A stretch of 64,000 nucleotides of DNA from Candidatus Rokuibacteriota bacterium (GCA_023248995.1 JAHFDN010000013.1:194-64193); one strand, 5' to 3'; counted from the stretch's first letter, positions 19,992-33,882 are shown. Numbers and translations are program-made. Notes: a model not told the origin generated them from the letters alone.

Positions 19992-20921
19992 ATGGGCTGG
20001 ACCCGCAAGGACCTCCTGACCATGCAGGAACTGGAGCCCGCGGAGATCGGGTCGATCCTGGATACCGCGGCCTCCATGAAGGAGATCGCGGCCCGCGAGA
20101 TCAAGAAGGTCCCGACCCTCCGGGGCCGCACCGTGGTGAACCTGTTCTACGAGCCCTCCACACGCACGCGGACTTCCTTCGAGATCGCGGGGAAGTGGCT
20201 CTCGGCCGACGTCGTCAACTGGAGCGCGCCGGGCTCCAGCGCGGCCAAGGGGGAGAGCCTCCTGGACACGGCCAGGAACATCGCCGCGATGAGCCCGGAC
20301 GTGGTCGTGGTCCGTCACGGGGCGGCGGGGGCGGCGGCCCTTCTCGCGAAGGCGCTCCGCTGCGCGGTGGTCAACGCGGGGGACGGCGCCCACGAGCATC
20401 CGACGCAGGCCCTCTTGGATCTCCTCACGATCCGCGAGAAGAAGGGGCACCTGGAGGGGCTGTCCGTGGCCATCGTCGGGGACATCGCCCGGAGCCGCGT
20501 CGCCCGATCGAACATCCACGGCATGAGGAAGCTCGGGATGACGGTCACGGTGGCGGGGCCGCCGACGTTGATCCCGCCCTTCGTCCAGGAGCTGGGCGTC
20601 AAGGTGAGCCACCGGCTCGAAGAGGCCATCGCCAACGTGGACGTGATCATGATGCTTCGCCTCCAGCAGGAGCGCATGATGGGAGCGCTGATCCCCTCGC
20701 TCCGCGAGTACGCGCGCTACTGGGGGCTCACGCCGACGAGCCTGGGGGCGGCCCGGCAGGACGTGCTCATCATGCATCCGGGCCCCGTGAACCGGGGGAT
20801 CGAGATCGCGCCCGAGGTGGCCGACGGCCCGTACTCGGTCATCCTGGACCAGGTGGCCAACGGTGTGGCCGTCCGGATGGCCGTCCTCTTCCTCCTTGCC
20901 GGCGGAAAGGCCCAGCCATGA
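19992..20921 (+). CDS. pyrB: Aspartate carbamoyltransferase catalytic subunit
   Basis: STRTR carbamoyl-phosphate binding motif, HPTQ and HPGP motifs. ATG 19992 lies 4 nt after the pyrR stop. Confidence 0.92.
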   Translation: MGWTRKDLLTMQELEPAEIGSILDTAASMKEIAAREIKKVPTLRGRTVVNLFYEPSTRTRTSFEIAGKWLSADVVNWSAPGSSAAKGESLLDTARNIAAMSPDVVVVRHGAAGAAALLAKALRCAVVNAGDGAHEHPTQALLDLLTIREKKGHLEGLSVAIVGDIARSRVARSNIHGMRKLGMTVTVAGPPTLIPPFVQELGVKVSHRLEEAIANVDVIMMLRLQQERMMGALIPSLREYARYWGLTPTSLGAARQDVLIMHPGPVNRGIEIAPEVADGPYSVILDQVANGVAVRMAVLFLLAGGKAQP

Positions 20922-21053
20922 AACACCCTGTGTCCAGTGGCGCGAGCTTCAGTGCTCGGCCCGGTACTTGTTCGAGCGCCGGCTTTGCCGGCGCAATCTG
21001 CGGGGGGAGGAATCGGAAGGGGCGGGGACCCGGGCATCCACGCCGCAGGCGTG

Positions 21054-21074
21054 GGGGGGCCTGGGTGGCCCCCC
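21054..21074 (+). promoter_or_regulatory. GC hairpin GGGGGGCC-tgggt-GGCCCCCC in the 166-nt pyrB-pyrC spacer, 13 nt upstream of pyrC ATG
   Basis: 8-bp perfect stem and 5-nt loop. No U tract. Confidence 0.3.
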
Positions 21075-21087
21075 TCCGAGCGTAGGT

Positions 21088-22416
21088 ATGAACGCGCTGA
21101 TCAGGGGCGGCCGAGTCCTCGACCCTGCCCACGACGTCGACGCCGTTCAGGATGTCCTGATCCAGGACGGGAAGATCTCCCGCCTCGGAACGGGCCTCCG
21201 GGCCCCCGACGGAACGCCGACCATCGAGGCGGGTGGCAAGGTGGTGTGCCCCGGCTTCATCGACGCCCATGTGCACCTGCGCGAGCCGGGCTACGAATAC
21301 AAAGAGACGGTGGCGACGGGGACCAAGGCCGCCGCCGCCGGAGGGTTCACGGCGGTCGCCTGCATGGCCAACACGAACCCCGTGAACGACAACCGCTCCG
21401 TCACCGACTATGTCCTCGCCAAAGCCCGGAGCGAGGGAGCTGTCCGGGTTTACCCGATCGGCGCGGTGTCGCGCGGGCTCGAGGGGAAGGAACTGGCGGA
21501 GCTCGCCGAGCTCGCGGAAGCCGGGTGCGTCGCCTTCTCGGACGACGGCCACCCGGTCATGAACTCGGCGCTCCTCCGCCACGCCATGGAGTACACGCTC
21601 CCCTTCGGCCTGCCCATCATCTCCCACGCCGAGGACGCCCACCTGACGGGCGGTGGCGTGATGAACGAGGGCGCGGTGTCGACCGAGCTCGGCCTGGCGG
21701 GCCGGCCCTCCGCGGCTGAGGAAGTAATGGTGGCTCGCGATCTTTGCCTGGCAGAGCTGACCGGAGCCCATGTTCACATCGCCCACATCTCGACCGCCGG
21801 CGCGGTGCGCCTGCTGAGGGACGCCAAGGCCCGGGGCATCCGCGTGACGGCCGAGGTCACCCCGCATCACCTCCTCCTGACCGAGGAGGCCGTGCGCGGC
21901 TACGATCCGAACACCAAGATGAACCCGCCGCTCAGGACCAAGCGCGATCGGGAAGCGCTCGTGGAGGCCCTGGCCGACGGCACGATCGACTGCATCGCCA
22001 CCGATCACGCGCCCCATGCTGTCGCCGAGAAGGAGGGCGACTACGACCAGGCGGCTTTCGGGATCGTGGGGCTGGAGACGGCCGTCTCCCTCCTTCTCGA
22101 TCGTCTGGTCCGTCCCGGCCTCCTCGATCTCAGGACGCTCGTCAGCCGGCTCACCGTGGGGCCCGCCCGGCTCCTGAACCTGCGTGGCGGGAGCCTGGCG
22201 GCGGGCGCGGACGCCGACGTCACCATCCTCGACCTGGAGCGGCGCCTCACGATCGACCCCCGGGCCTTCCACTCGAAGAGCCGCAACACGCCCTTCGACG
22301 GCTGGGAGGTGACGGGGATGCCGTGGATGACCCTCGTGGGCGGCCGGGTCGTGATGTGGGAACGCGTGATCAAGGGCGGCGCCGGCAAAACCGGCGCTCG
22401 AACAGGCGCGTCATGA
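21088..22416 (+). CDS. pyrC: Dihydroorotase
   Basis: [10 protein letters not shown] metal-binding motif, HIAHIS and ATDHAPH motifs. Start at ATG 21088 ([12 protein letters not shown]). Confidence 0.9.
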   Translation: MNALIRGGRVLDPAHDVDAVQDVLIQDGKISRLGTGLRAPDGTPTIEAGGKVVCPGFIDAHVHLREPGYEYKETVATGTKAAAAGGFTAVACMANTNPVNDNRSVTDYVLAKARSEGAVRVYPIGAVSRGLEGKELAELAELAEAGCVAFSDDGHPVMNSALLRHAMEYTLPFGLPIISHAEDAHLTGGGVMNEGAVSTELGLAGRPSAAEEVMVARDLCLAELTGAHVHIAHISTAGAVRLLRDAKARGIRVTAEVTPHHLLLTEEAVRGYDPNTKMNPPLRTKRDREALVEALADGTIDCIATDHAPHAVAEKEGDYDQAAFGIVGLETAVSLLLDRLVRPGLLDLRTLVSRLTVGPARLLNLRGGSLAAGADADVTILDLERRLTIDPRAFHSKSRNTPFDGWEVTGMPWMTLVGGRVVMWERVIKGGAGKTGARTGAS

Positions 22417-23543
22417 GGAAGCCGGCTCTCCTGGCGCTGGCGGACGGCCGGGTCTGGAGGGGCGAATCGCTCGGGGCCGAGGGCGAGACTGTCGGTGAGG
22501 TGGTCTTCAACACGGCCATGACGGGCTACCAGGAGATCATGACCGACCCCTCGTACAAGGGGCAGATCGTGGCGATGACCTACCCGCTCATCGGCAACTA
22601 CGGGATCAACGACGAGGACGTGGAATCGCGCCGCCCGTGGGTGGAGGGGTTCGTCGTCAGGGAGGCTTCCCCTACTCCGTCGTCCTGGCGGGGCCGGCGC
22701 ACGCTGGACGCCTACATGCGCGAGCACGCGATCGTCGGGATCCAGGGAATCGACACGCGGGCGCTGACCCGGCATCTCAGGGATCACGGGGCCCAGGAGG
22801 GCGTGATCTCCACCGAGGAGCTGGACCCGGCGCGCCTCGGCGCCAGGGCAGAGGCCGCGCCCGGGCTCCTCGGTAGAGACCTGGTGCGCGAGGTTACCGT
22901 CGCCGGGCCTCACGGCTGGAAGGAGGCGACGTGGGACCGGGTGCGGGGGTACCGCCTGCCGCCGGCGGCGCGGTTCAACGTCGTGGCGTTCGACGCCGGG
23001 ATCAAATCGAACATCCTGCGCCAGCTCGTTTCGGCCGGTTGCGACGTCACGGTGGTCCCCGCCTCCACCTCCACGTCGGCCGTACTGGAGCGGAAGCCCA
23101 ACGGCGTCTTCCTCTCCAACGGACCGGGGGATCCGGAGGGCGTGCCGTACCTCATCGAGACCGTGCGGGGGCTCCTCGGGAAGGTCCCGATCTTCGGGAT
23201 CTGTCTAGGACACCAGATCCTCGGCCTGGCGGCGGGCGGCCGCACGTACAAGCTCAAGTTCGGCCACCACGGGGCCAACCATCCGGTGAAGGACCTGGCG
23301 ACGGGAAAGGTGGAGATCACGGCCCAGAACCACGGCTTCGCCGTGGACCCCGAGTCGGTCGGGCCCCGCGGCTTCCTCCTGAGCCATGTCAACTTGAACG
23401 ACGGGACCTGCGAGGGTTTCACCCACCGGGAACTGCCGGTATTCTCGGTCCAGTACCATCCCGAAGCCTCGCCCGGGCCCCACGACGCCAACCACCTCTT
23501 TCAGCGTTTCGCCGATCTCATGCAGGGGACGAAAGGAGGGTGA
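22413..23543 (+). CDS. carA: Carbamoyl-phosphate synthase small (glutaminase) subunit
   Basis: N-terminal CPSase_sm domain ([18 protein letters not shown]). GATase catalytic triad region GICLGHQ...HGANHPV. ATGA overlap with pyrC. Confidence 0.92.
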   Translation: MRKPALLALADGRVWRGESLGAEGETVGEVVFNTAMTGYQEIMTDPSYKGQIVAMTYPLIGNYGINDEDVESRRPWVEGFVVREASPTPSSWRGRRTLDAYMREHAIVGIQGIDTRALTRHLRDHGAQEGVISTEELDPARLGARAEAAPGLLGRDLVREVTVAGPHGWKEATWDRVRGYRLPPAARFNVVAFDAGIKSNILRQLVSAGCDVTVVPASTSTSAVLERKPNGVFLSNGPGDPEGVPYLIETVRGLLGKVPIFGICLGHQILGLAAGGRTYKLKFGHHGANHPVKDLATGKVEITAQNHGFAVDPESVGPRGFLLSHVNLNDGTCEGFTHRELPVFSVQYHPEASPGPHDANHLFQRFADLMQGTKGG

Positions 23544-23551
23544 TCGAACCT

Positions 23552-23821
23552 ATGCCGAAGTACCTGATCTCGTACCGGAAGACCGAGGAGGTGGGGCAGA
23601 AGCCCGAGTGGACGTCGTTCACCATGGAGAGTGACGTCTCCCTCGAAGGCCACGCCATTCGCGAGCGCGTGGACAAGCGCATGAGCGTCCTCGGCGAAAA
23701 ACTCTGGGGCAACGGCGAGGTGGTCTGGGTCGGCGGCGGCCGGCTCGACGACATCCTCTACAAGCGCGAGGAAGCCGCCCCCGAGACGTCCATCGTCTAT
23801 GGGCTGGTGGAAGGGTCCTAG
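23552..23821 (+). CDS. Hypothetical small protein (89 aa) inserted between carA and carB
   Basis: Complete ORF in the 280-nt carA-carB gap. AGGAGGG SD lies 13 nt upstream of ATG 23552. No family recognised. Confidence 0.5.
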   Translation: MPKYLISYRKTEEVGQKPEWTSFTMESDVSLEGHAIRERVDKRMSVLGEKLWGNGEVVWVGGGRLDDILYKREEAAPETSIVYGLVEGS

Positions 23822-23823
23822 CG

Positions 23824-27016
<3,193 letters not shown>

Positions 27017-27030
<14 letters not shown>

Positions 27031-27745
27031 GCCCAAGGACCGGCTGGTCGTCGCGCTCGACGTCGAGAACCTGGGCCAGGCCGAGACGCTCCTGGATCGC
27101 CTCCAGGGGGTCGTGAGCACCTGGAAGATCGGCTCGCGGCTCTACACGGCCGCGGGCCCGGCCGCGGTCGAGCTCGTGCAGAAGCGCGGGGGCTCGGTCT
27201 TCCTGGACCTCAAGTTCCACGACATCCCCCACACGGTGGCTGGCTCCGTGCGCGAGGCCACGCGGTTGGGCGTCGGCATGCTCACCGTCCACGCGTCCGG
27301 GGGCAGCCCCATGCTGACGGCCGCGGCCGAGGCCGCCCGGGAGGCGGCGCGGGAGCTCAACGTGCCCAAGCCGCTCTGCCTGGCCGTGACGGTGCTGACC
27401 AGCCTCAGTCGCGCGCTCCTTCAGCGGGAGCTGAACGTGCCGCTCGCCGTCGAGGGTCACGCCCTCCATCTGGCCCGGCTGGCCCGGGACGCCGGGCTCG
27501 ACGGAAGCGTCTCCTCACCCGAGGAGACCCGGACCATCCGGAACGCGCTCGGGCGGGAGTGGGTGATCGTCACCCCGGGTGTGAGACCCGCCGGGAGCGG
27601 CGCCGACGATCAGGTCCGCGTCGCGACACCCGAGGCGGCCATCCGTGCCGGCGCCGACTACCTCGTCGTGGGGCGTCCCATCACGGCGGCCGCCGACCCG
27701 AAGGCCGCGGCGCTCGCCATCCTCGAGGCCATCGCCCGCGCATGA
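27017..27745 (+). CDS. pyrF: Orotidine 5'-phosphate decarboxylase
   Basis: LVVALDV...[11 protein letters not shown] active-site motifs. 14-nt overlap with the carB end. Confidence 0.88.
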
Positions 27746-28323
27746 CCGAGACAGAGGTCCTCGAAATCTACGAGCGCGGGGGAGGGCTCCTGCGTGGCCA
27801 CTTCCTCCTCTCCTCCGGCCTTCACTCGAACGCCTACCTCCAGAGCGCGCTCGTCCTCCAGCACCCGGGACAGGCCGAGGCCCTAGGCCGGGAGCTCGCC
27901 AAACGGTTCGGGGGGGACGGCGTCCAGGTGGTGCTGGCCCCGGCCATCGGCGGGATCCTGGTGGCTCACGAGGTCGCCCGGGCTCTCGGGGCGCGCGCCG
28001 TCTTTACAGAGCGGGAAGATGGCGTGATGCGCCTCCGCCGCGGTTTCACCCTCGCGCCCGGCGAGCGCTGTCTCGTGGTGGAGGACGTCATCACCACGGG
28101 CGGCTCCACCCGCGAGGTCATCAAGGTCGTGGAGGACGCCCGGGGCGTGCTGGTCGGGGTGGGCGCCTTGATCGACAGGAGCGGCGGGGCCGCGACGTTC
28201 CCCGTGAAGAAGGCTGCCCTCGCCACGCTGGCGGTCCCGACCGATAAGCCGGAGGACTGCCCGCTCTGCAAGACGGGCGTGCCCGCCGTGAAACCAGGAA
28301 GCCGGACCTCGCCCAAAGGGTAA
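27742..28323 (+). CDS. pyrE: Orotate phosphoribosyltransferase
   Basis: PRPP-binding motif CLVVEDVITTGGST. ATGA overlap with pyrF. Confidence 0.88.
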   Translation: MTETEVLEIYERGGGLLRGHFLLSSGLHSNAYLQSALVLQHPGQAEALGRELAKRFGGDGVQVVLAPAIGGILVAHEVARALGARAVFTEREDGVMRLRRGFTLAPGERCLVVEDVITTGGSTREVIKVVEDARGVLVGVGALIDRSGGAATFPVKKAALATLAVPTDKPEDCPLCKTGVPAVKPGSRTSPKG

Positions 28324-28671
28324 ATGCCCGGCACCCCCTTCGCGCATGCGAGCGAGCGCGAATTCGCCCGGCTCCTCACCTTCTACGCGGTGCGGTGGCA
28401 ATACGAGCCGACGACCTTCCCCCTCGAGTGGGACGACCAGGGGCGCGTCACCGAAGCCTTTACGCCGGACTTCTATCTACCAGACCAGGATCTCTACATC
28501 GAGTTGACAACGAAGGAGCAGCGCCTGATGACCGCCAAGCACCGGAAGATCCGGAAGGCGCTCGGGCTCCACCCCGACCTCAAGATCCGCCTCCTCTCCC
28601 GGAAAGACTGCCTCGCCCTGGCACGTCGGTTCGGCTGGCGGAAGGGCACGACGGACACCCCGCTGACATGA
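28324..28671 (+). CDS. Hypothetical protein (115 aa), possible PD-(D/E)xK-like fold
   Basis: ATG follows the pyrE TAA directly. The segment PDFYLPDQDLYIELTTKEQ is reminiscent of a D...D/E..K nuclease core, but the family was not recognised. Confidence 0.45.
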   Translation: MPGTPFAHASEREFARLLTFYAVRWQYEPTTFPLEWDDQGRVTEAFTPDFYLPDQDLYIELTTKEQRLMTAKHRKIRKALGLHPDLKIRLLSRKDCLALARRFGWRKGTTDTPLT

Positions 28672-29207
28672 GCCTGTCGGACGACCTCGAGACCGTCCTG
28701 CTGGACGAGGAGGGGATCCGGGCCGAGGTAGAGCGCCTGGGGCGCGAGATCTCCAAGGATTACTCCGACCGCGCGCCCCACCTGATCAGTGTCCTGAAGG
28801 GCTCCGTGGTCTTCCTCGCCGACCTGATCCGCGCTCTCGCGGTGCCCGTCACCGTGGACTTCATCTCCATCTCCCCCTACGGCACGCCCACGCCCTCGGG
28901 GGTGGTCAGGATCCGGAAGGACCTGGACGAGCCGATCGAGCGGCGGGACGTGATCGTCGTGGAGGGGATCATAGACACCGGCCTCACGCTCTCCTATCTG
29001 CTCAGGAACTTCCGGACCCGCAACCCCGCCTCGCTCAAGGTTTGCGCCTTCGTCAACAAGCGAGCCCAGCGGATCATCGATCTGAGCGTGGACTACGTGG
29101 GGCGGGAGATCCCCGACAAGTTCGTGGTCGGCTACGGACTCGACTACCGCCAGCGCTACAGGAACCTCCCCGTCCTCGGCGTCCTCAAGCCCTCCGCGCT
29201 CGAGTAG
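28659..29207 (+). CDS. hpt: Hypoxanthine-guanine phosphoribosyltransferase
   Basis: VIVVEGIIDTGLT PRPP motif and SVLKGS region. Start ATG 28659 (MSLSDDLETVLLDEE) matches Hpt N-termini. Confidence 0.88.
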   Translation, partial: PADMSLSDDLETVLLDEEGIRAEVERLGREISKDYSDRAPHLISVLKGSVVFLADLIRALAVPVTVDFISISPYGTPTPSGVVRIRKDLDEPIERRDVIVVEGIIDTGLTLSYLLRNFRTRNPASLKVCAFVNKRAQRIIDLSVDYVGREIPDKFVVGYGLDYRQRYRNLPVLGVLKPSALE

Positions 29208-29228
29208 CCCCACGATACCCGACGGGGC

Positions 29229-30470
29229 TCACGGGAGCGCTCCCCCAGGGTTCCAAGAGGACACCGGGTAGCGGCGCTTCCACCAGCCGAGGAGCATGAG
29301 AACGGCCAGTAGCCCGCTCCCGCCCCCGACCGCGAACGCCGCGGGCACCCCCAGCGTCTGGGCGACCGAGCCGACGAGGAACGAGCCGATCGGAGTGACC
29401 CCCGCGAACACGAACGCGTAGAGGCTCATCATCCGCCCCCGCAGCCGGTCCGGCACCATCAGCTGAAGCGCCGTGTTGCAGCTCGCCATAAAGAGGATCT
29501 GCGAAAATCCGACCACCGCCAGTAAGAGCGCTGCGAGCGAGAAGGACCGGACCCCTGCCAGCGCCAACGTCGCCACGGAGACGACGACGGCGGGAATCAC
29601 CAGGACGCGCAACGCGGGCACGCCCTGGCCGGCGAGGGTCAGGATGAGCGCGCCGGCGACGGCGCCGGCCCCCAACGCGGCCATCAGGAACCCGAAGCCG
29701 TGCGCCCCCTCGTGCAACACCTCCCTCGCCAGCAGCGGAACGAGCACGTTGTAGTTGACGACGAACAGACTCACCGACAGCAAGAGGCCCAGGACCAGCG
29801 CGATCAGGGGGTTGCTCGCGGCGAAGCGGAGTCCCTCGAGGATTTGCTCGAAGACCGTCGTCCCCGCCGGCGCGCGCGCGAGCCCCTCGGTTCTGATCGC
29901 GAGGAGGGCCATGATGACCGCCAGGAAGCTCACGCCGTTGAGGAAAAAGGCGGATGCCACGTCGTATCGAGCGAGCAGGAGGCCCGCCACTGCCGGCCCG
30001 ACGATGCGCGCCCCATTGAACATCGCGGAGTTGAGGGCGATCGCGTTCATGAGGTCGTCCCTGCCGACCATGTCCACGAAGAACGACTGGCGGGTCGGCA
30101 TGTCCAGCGTGTTGGCGAGCCCGTACAGGGTCGCCAGCAGCGCCACGTGCCAGTACCGCACATGGGCCGTCCAGACCAAGCCCGCGAGGGCGAATGCCTG
30201 CAGCATGAGCACCGTCTGGGTGCCGAGGATCACCCGTCGCTTGGGAAGCCGGTCTGCGAAGGCGCCCGCGACCAGCGAGAAGAGGAGCATCGGACCGAAC
30301 TGGAGGGTGCCGATGAGCCCGAGCTTGAAAGGAGAGTTCGTCAGCTCCAGGACCAGCCACGCTTGCCCGACTGTCTGCATCCACGTCCCGACCAGTGAGA
30401 CCAGCTGGCCGGTCCAGAAGAGGCGGAAGTCCCGGTGGTCGAAAGCCCGAAGCCCGGCAGGGAACGGCAT
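29229..30470 (-). CDS. MFS transporter
   Basis: 12 predicted TM helices. Motif-A-like GAFADRLPKRRV between TM2 and TM3. Confidence 0.8.
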   Translation of the reverse strand: MPFPAGLRAFDHRDFRLFWTGQLVSLVGTWMQTVGQAWLVLELTNSPFKLGLIGTLQFGPMLLFSLVAGAFADRLPKRRVILGTQTVLMLQAFALAGLVWTAHVRYWHVALLATLYGLANTLDMPTRQSFFVDMVGRDDLMNAIALNSAMFNGARIVGPAVAGLLLARYDVASAFFLNGVSFLAVIMALLAIRTEGLARAPAGTTVFEQILEGLRFAASNPLIALVLGLLLSVSLFVVNYNVLVPLLAREVLHEGAHGFGFLMAALGAGAVAGALILTLAGQGVPALRVLVIPAVVVSVATLALAGVRSFSLAALLLAVVGFSQILFMASCNTALQLMVPDRLRGRMMSLYAFVFAGVTPIGSFLVGSVAQTLGVPAAFAVGGGSGLLAVLMLLGWWKRRYPVSSWNPGGALP

Positions 30471-30529
30471 CGGGCGCGAGGCTCAGCGGCAGCCGCCGGC
30501 CAGCGCGAAGGACTCGGGCACGGTCCCTC

Positions 30530-30721
30530 TCAGCTCGCCTGAAAGCCGATCTTACTGTGCGTGCCGTCGCAGAGCGGCTTGGTCGCGGAGCCGCCACAGC
30601 GGCAGAGCGCGATCTTCGGGCGCCCGCCGGTGTCGATCTTCGCCCCCTTGGAATCGTAGATCTCGCACTCCCCTTCGACAACATACGGGCCGTTCGGTCG
30701 AGCCGTGATCTTGACGGTCAT
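30530..30721 (-). CDS. CDGSH iron-sulfur domain protein
   Basis: 63 aa with CRCGGSATKPLCDGTH, the CxC..(S/T)...PxCDG(S/T)H signature. Confidence 0.8.
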   Translation of the reverse strand: MTVKITARPNGPYVVEGECEIYDSKGAKIDTGGRPKIALCRCGGSATKPLCDGTHSKIGFQAS

Positions 30722-30901
30722 GGATTCCTCCTTGTCAGGTCTGGGAGAAGCCCTGGGCGTTCGGGCGCGACTTTACACCGGGCGGCCCCGCCTGTCAACG
30801 CCCGAGAGGCCCAAACACATTGACACTTCAGCGAAATTTGGCTATGCTTCGGTGATGGCTGGCCTGCTGTTCGCCTCTCCTTTCTCCCGCTCAGGAGACC
30901 C

Positions 30902-31783
30902 ATGATCCGCAGCATGACGGGGTTCGGACGGGCCGAGGTGGCGGCGGCGGCCTTCGCCGTGTCCGTCGAGGCCCGGTCCCTGAACCACCGCCACCTGGAC
31001 ATCTCCCTCAGGCTCCCCCGCGCGTTCGCCGGGCTCGAATCGGAGGCCCGGCGCCTGATTCAGGAGCACGTCCAGCGGGGACGCCTCGACGTCAGCGTGA
31101 GCGCGAAGCCGCTGGCCGGACCGGCGAGCCCGCTGACACTGGATGCGGCGGTGGCCCGGCAGTACCTCGACCAGGTGCGGGCGCTCGGTGAAGCGGTCGG
31201 GCTCGCGGCCAGGCCGACGCTCGAGTGGCTCCTCGAGCGCCCCGGAGTCGTGACCTCCGGCGAGCCGGAGCCGCTCCCTGCCGAGACCGCCTGGCCGGTC
31301 CTGGCCGACGCGCTGACCCGGGCCCTGGGGGACCTGGTGGGGCGCCGCGAGACGGAGGGAGAAGCGCTCGGCAAGGAGTTGAGCGCGCTCCACGACGCGC
31401 TCGCCGCCGAAGTCGAGCGGATGGCCCGGCGCGCCCCTGCGGCTCTCGCCCAGCGCACGACGCGGGGCCGGGAGCGGATCCGGACGCTTCTGGGCGAGCT
31501 CCCGCTCGACGAGGGGCGGCTCGCCATGGAGGTGGCCGTCTGGGCCGACAAGACCGATGTCAGCGAGGAGCTCGCGCGGCTCAACGCCCATCTCCGGCAG
31601 TTCAGGGCGCTCCTGGAGGACGGCGGTCCGGTGGGGAAGGCGCTGGACTTCCTGATCCAGGAGATGAACCGCGAGGTGAACACGACCGCCTCCAAGGCCA
31701 ACGACCTGGAGCTCTCGCAGTTGGCGCTGGCCTCCAAGGGGCACCTGGAGAAGATCCGGGAGCAGATCCAGAACGTCGAATGA
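30902..31783 (+). CDS. yicC: YicC family stress-induced protein
   Basis: MIRSMTGFGRAE N-terminus and the C-terminal DUF1732 region DFLIQEMNREVNTTASKAND. Confidence 0.85.
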   Translation: MIRSMTGFGRAEVAAAAFAVSVEARSLNHRHLDISLRLPRAFAGLESEARRLIQEHVQRGRLDVSVSAKPLAGPASPLTLDAAVARQYLDQVRALGEAVGLAARPTLEWLLERPGVVTSGEPEPLPAETAWPVLADALTRALGDLVGRRETEGEALGKELSALHDALAAEVERMARRAPAALAQRTTRGRERIRTLLGELPLDEGRLAMEVAVWADKTDVSEELARLNAHLRQFRALLEDGGPVGKALDFLIQEMNREVNTTASKANDLELSQLALASKGHLEKIREQIQNVE

Positions 31784-32418
31784 GCCCGAGCGGGGACGCG
31801 GTCACGAAGCGCCGGGGAACGCTGGTGGTGGTGTCGGCCCCCTCGGGGGCGGGCAAGACCACGCTCTGCAGCGAGGTGCGCTCGGTGGTCCCCGACCTGG
31901 CGTACTCCGTCTCCTCCACGACCCGGCCGCCCCGGCCGGGCGAGGTGGACGGCAAGGACTTCCACTTCGTCAGCGTGGCTGCCTTCAAGGCGATGACGGA
32001 GCGGGGGGAATTCGCCGAGTGGGCGGTGGTGCACGGCAACTTCTATGGGACCCGCTCCCGGCCGCTGGAGGAGGCGCTCAACGCCGGGCTCGACATCCTG
32101 CTCGACATCGACACCCAGGGGGCGCGGCAGCTCCGGACGAGCTACCCCGAGGCGATATCGGTCTTCATCGTGGCCCCGTCGCTCAAGCTTCTGGAACAGC
32201 GGCTCCGGGAGCGGAAGTCGGACGCGCCCCACGAGATCGCCCAGCGCATGGCGCGGGCTCGCGAGGAGATCGCGGCCTGGCGCGAGTACAATTATCTCAT
32301 CATCAACCGGGACCTGAAGGAGGCGGTGGAGCAGCTCGCCAGCATCATCCTGGCCGAGCGCTGCCGGACGAGCCGGCTCAAGCTCGCGATCCCCGACCTC
32401 AGGCTTCCGGAGTCATAG
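31780..32418 (+). CDS. gmk: Guanylate kinase
   Basis: P-loop SAPSGAGKTTL and STTRPPRPGEVDGKDFHFV. ATGA overlap with yicC. The yicC-gmk-rpoZ order is conserved. Confidence 0.9.
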   Translation: MSPSGDAVTKRRGTLVVVSAPSGAGKTTLCSEVRSVVPDLAYSVSSTTRPPRPGEVDGKDFHFVSVAAFKAMTERGEFAEWAVVHGNFYGTRSRPLEEALNAGLDILLDIDTQGARQLRTSYPEAISVFIVAPSLKLLEQRLRERKSDAPHEIAQRMARAREEIAAWREYNYLIINRDLKEAVEQLASIILAERCRTSRLKLAIPDLRLPES

Positions 32419-32433
32419 GAGGCGACGCACGGT

Positions 32434-32649
32434 ATGGCCTTTCCATCACTCGAAAAGTCGCTGCAGAAAGTGTCGAACCGGTACCTCCTGGTCGTGCTCG
32501 CGTCCAGGCGCGCCCGCCAGATCAATCGCGGCGCTGCGGCTCAGGTGGAGTCCAAGCACAAGAAGTGCACGAGCGTGGCCCTCGAAGAGGTGGCCCAGGC
32601 CAAAGTCGCCTATCGTCTCAAGGACGAGGGCGAGTCGCTGAAGCTCTAG
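32434..32649 (+). CDS. rpoZ: DNA-directed RNA polymerase subunit omega
   Basis: 71 aa with NRYLLVVLASRRARQI core. Confidence 0.85.
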   Translation: MAFPSLEKSLQKVSNRYLLVVLASRRARQINRGAAAQVESKHKKCTSVALEEVAQAKVAYRLKDEGESLKL

Positions 32650-32653
32650 CGCG

Positions 32654-33877
32654 ATGACGCAGCTCACGGGCAAAGAGATCATCCTCGGGGTCACCGGCTC
32701 CATCGCCGCCTACAAGGCGGTCTATCTCCTCCGCGAGCTGACCCGGCAGGGCGCCGGCGTGACGGTGGTCACGACCCAGCACGCCCAGAAGTTCGTGGGC
32801 CCCCTCACCTTCCGCACCCTGAGCGGCCGTCCGGTGCTGGCGGATCTCTTCGACCCCGCGACCGACGCGGCCGTGGAGCACGTCGAGCTGGCGCAGAAGT
32901 GCCACGCTCTGGTGGTGGCGCCGGCCACGGCGAATCTCCTCGCCAAGGCCGCCCACGGCATCGCCGACGACTTCCTGACCACGCTCCTCCTGGCGACCCG
33001 GTCACCGGTCCTCATGGTCCCCGCCATGGACGCGGGGATGTGGGATCACCCGGCCGTGCGGGACAATGTCGCCACGCTGCGGTCCCGCGGCGTCGCCGTG
33101 CTCGATCCCGACGTCGGGAAACTCGCCTCAGGCCGTGCCGGCACGGGACGGCTCCCGGAGGTTGACGTGATCCTCGAGGCCCTGCACCGCCTTCTGTCGC
33201 CGGTCAAAGACCTGGCGGGCGATCGCGTGCTGATCACCGGCGGCCCCACGCGGGAACCCCTGGACCCCGTCAGGTTTCTCTCCAACCGCTCCTCGGGCAA
33301 GATGGGCGTGGCCCTCGCCCTGGCCGCGCTCCGCCGCGGCGCCGAGGTCGTGCTGGTATCCGGGCCCACCAGCCAGGCGCCCCCGTCGGGGGCGGTGTTC
33401 GTCCCCGTGGAGACCGCCGAGGAGATGCGCGAGGCCGTGCTCCAGCACCTGGCCCAGGCCACCATCGTGATCAAGGCCGCCGCCGTGGGCGACTACCGGC
33501 CCCGGGAGGCCAGCCCTGTCAAGATGCCGTCCAAGCAGGGCGGACTCACCCTCGAGCTGGCGCCCACCCCGGACATCCTGAAAGAGGTCGCGGCGCGAAA
33601 GGGCGACCAGTTCATCGTCGGGTTCGCCGCCGAGACCCAGGACGTCCGCCGGCGCGCGCGCGAGAAGCAAGAGGCCAAGCGCGTGGACCTCATGGTGGCC
33701 AACGACGTGAGCCAGGCGGGGATCGGCTTCGACGCCGACGACAACCAGGTGACGCTCCTGGACCGCTGGGGCGGGCTGATCGAGCTCCCCAAGATGCCCA
33801 AGCTCGACGTCGCCAACGCGGTGTTCGACCGGATCCTCTCCCTCCGGGCCGCCAAGCCCGCCCACATCCCGCGCTAG
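32654..33877 (+). CDS. coaBC: Bifunctional phosphopantothenoylcysteine decarboxylase / phosphopantothenate-cysteine ligase
   Basis: N-terminal flavoprotein GVTGSIAAYKA, PAMD, and the C-terminal CoaB ligase domain (ITGGPTREPLDPVRFLSNRSSGKMG). Confidence 0.9.
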   Translation: MTQLTGKEIILGVTGSIAAYKAVYLLRELTRQGAGVTVVTTQHAQKFVGPLTFRTLSGRPVLADLFDPATDAAVEHVELAQKCHALVVAPATANLLAKAAHGIADDFLTTLLLATRSPVLMVPAMDAGMWDHPAVRDNVATLRSRGVAVLDPDVGKLASGRAGTGRLPEVDVILEALHRLLSPVKDLAGDRVLITGGPTREPLDPVRFLSNRSSGKMGVALALAALRRGAEVVLVSGPTSQAPPSGAVFVPVETAEEMREAVLQHLAQATIVIKAAAVGDYRPREASPVKMPSKQGGLTLELAPTPDILKEVAARKGDQFIVGFAAETQDVRRRAREKQEAKRVDLMVANDVSQAGIGFDADDNQVTLLDRWGGLIELPKMPKLDVANAVFDRILSLRAAKPAHIPR

Positions 33878-33882
33878 GCCGT

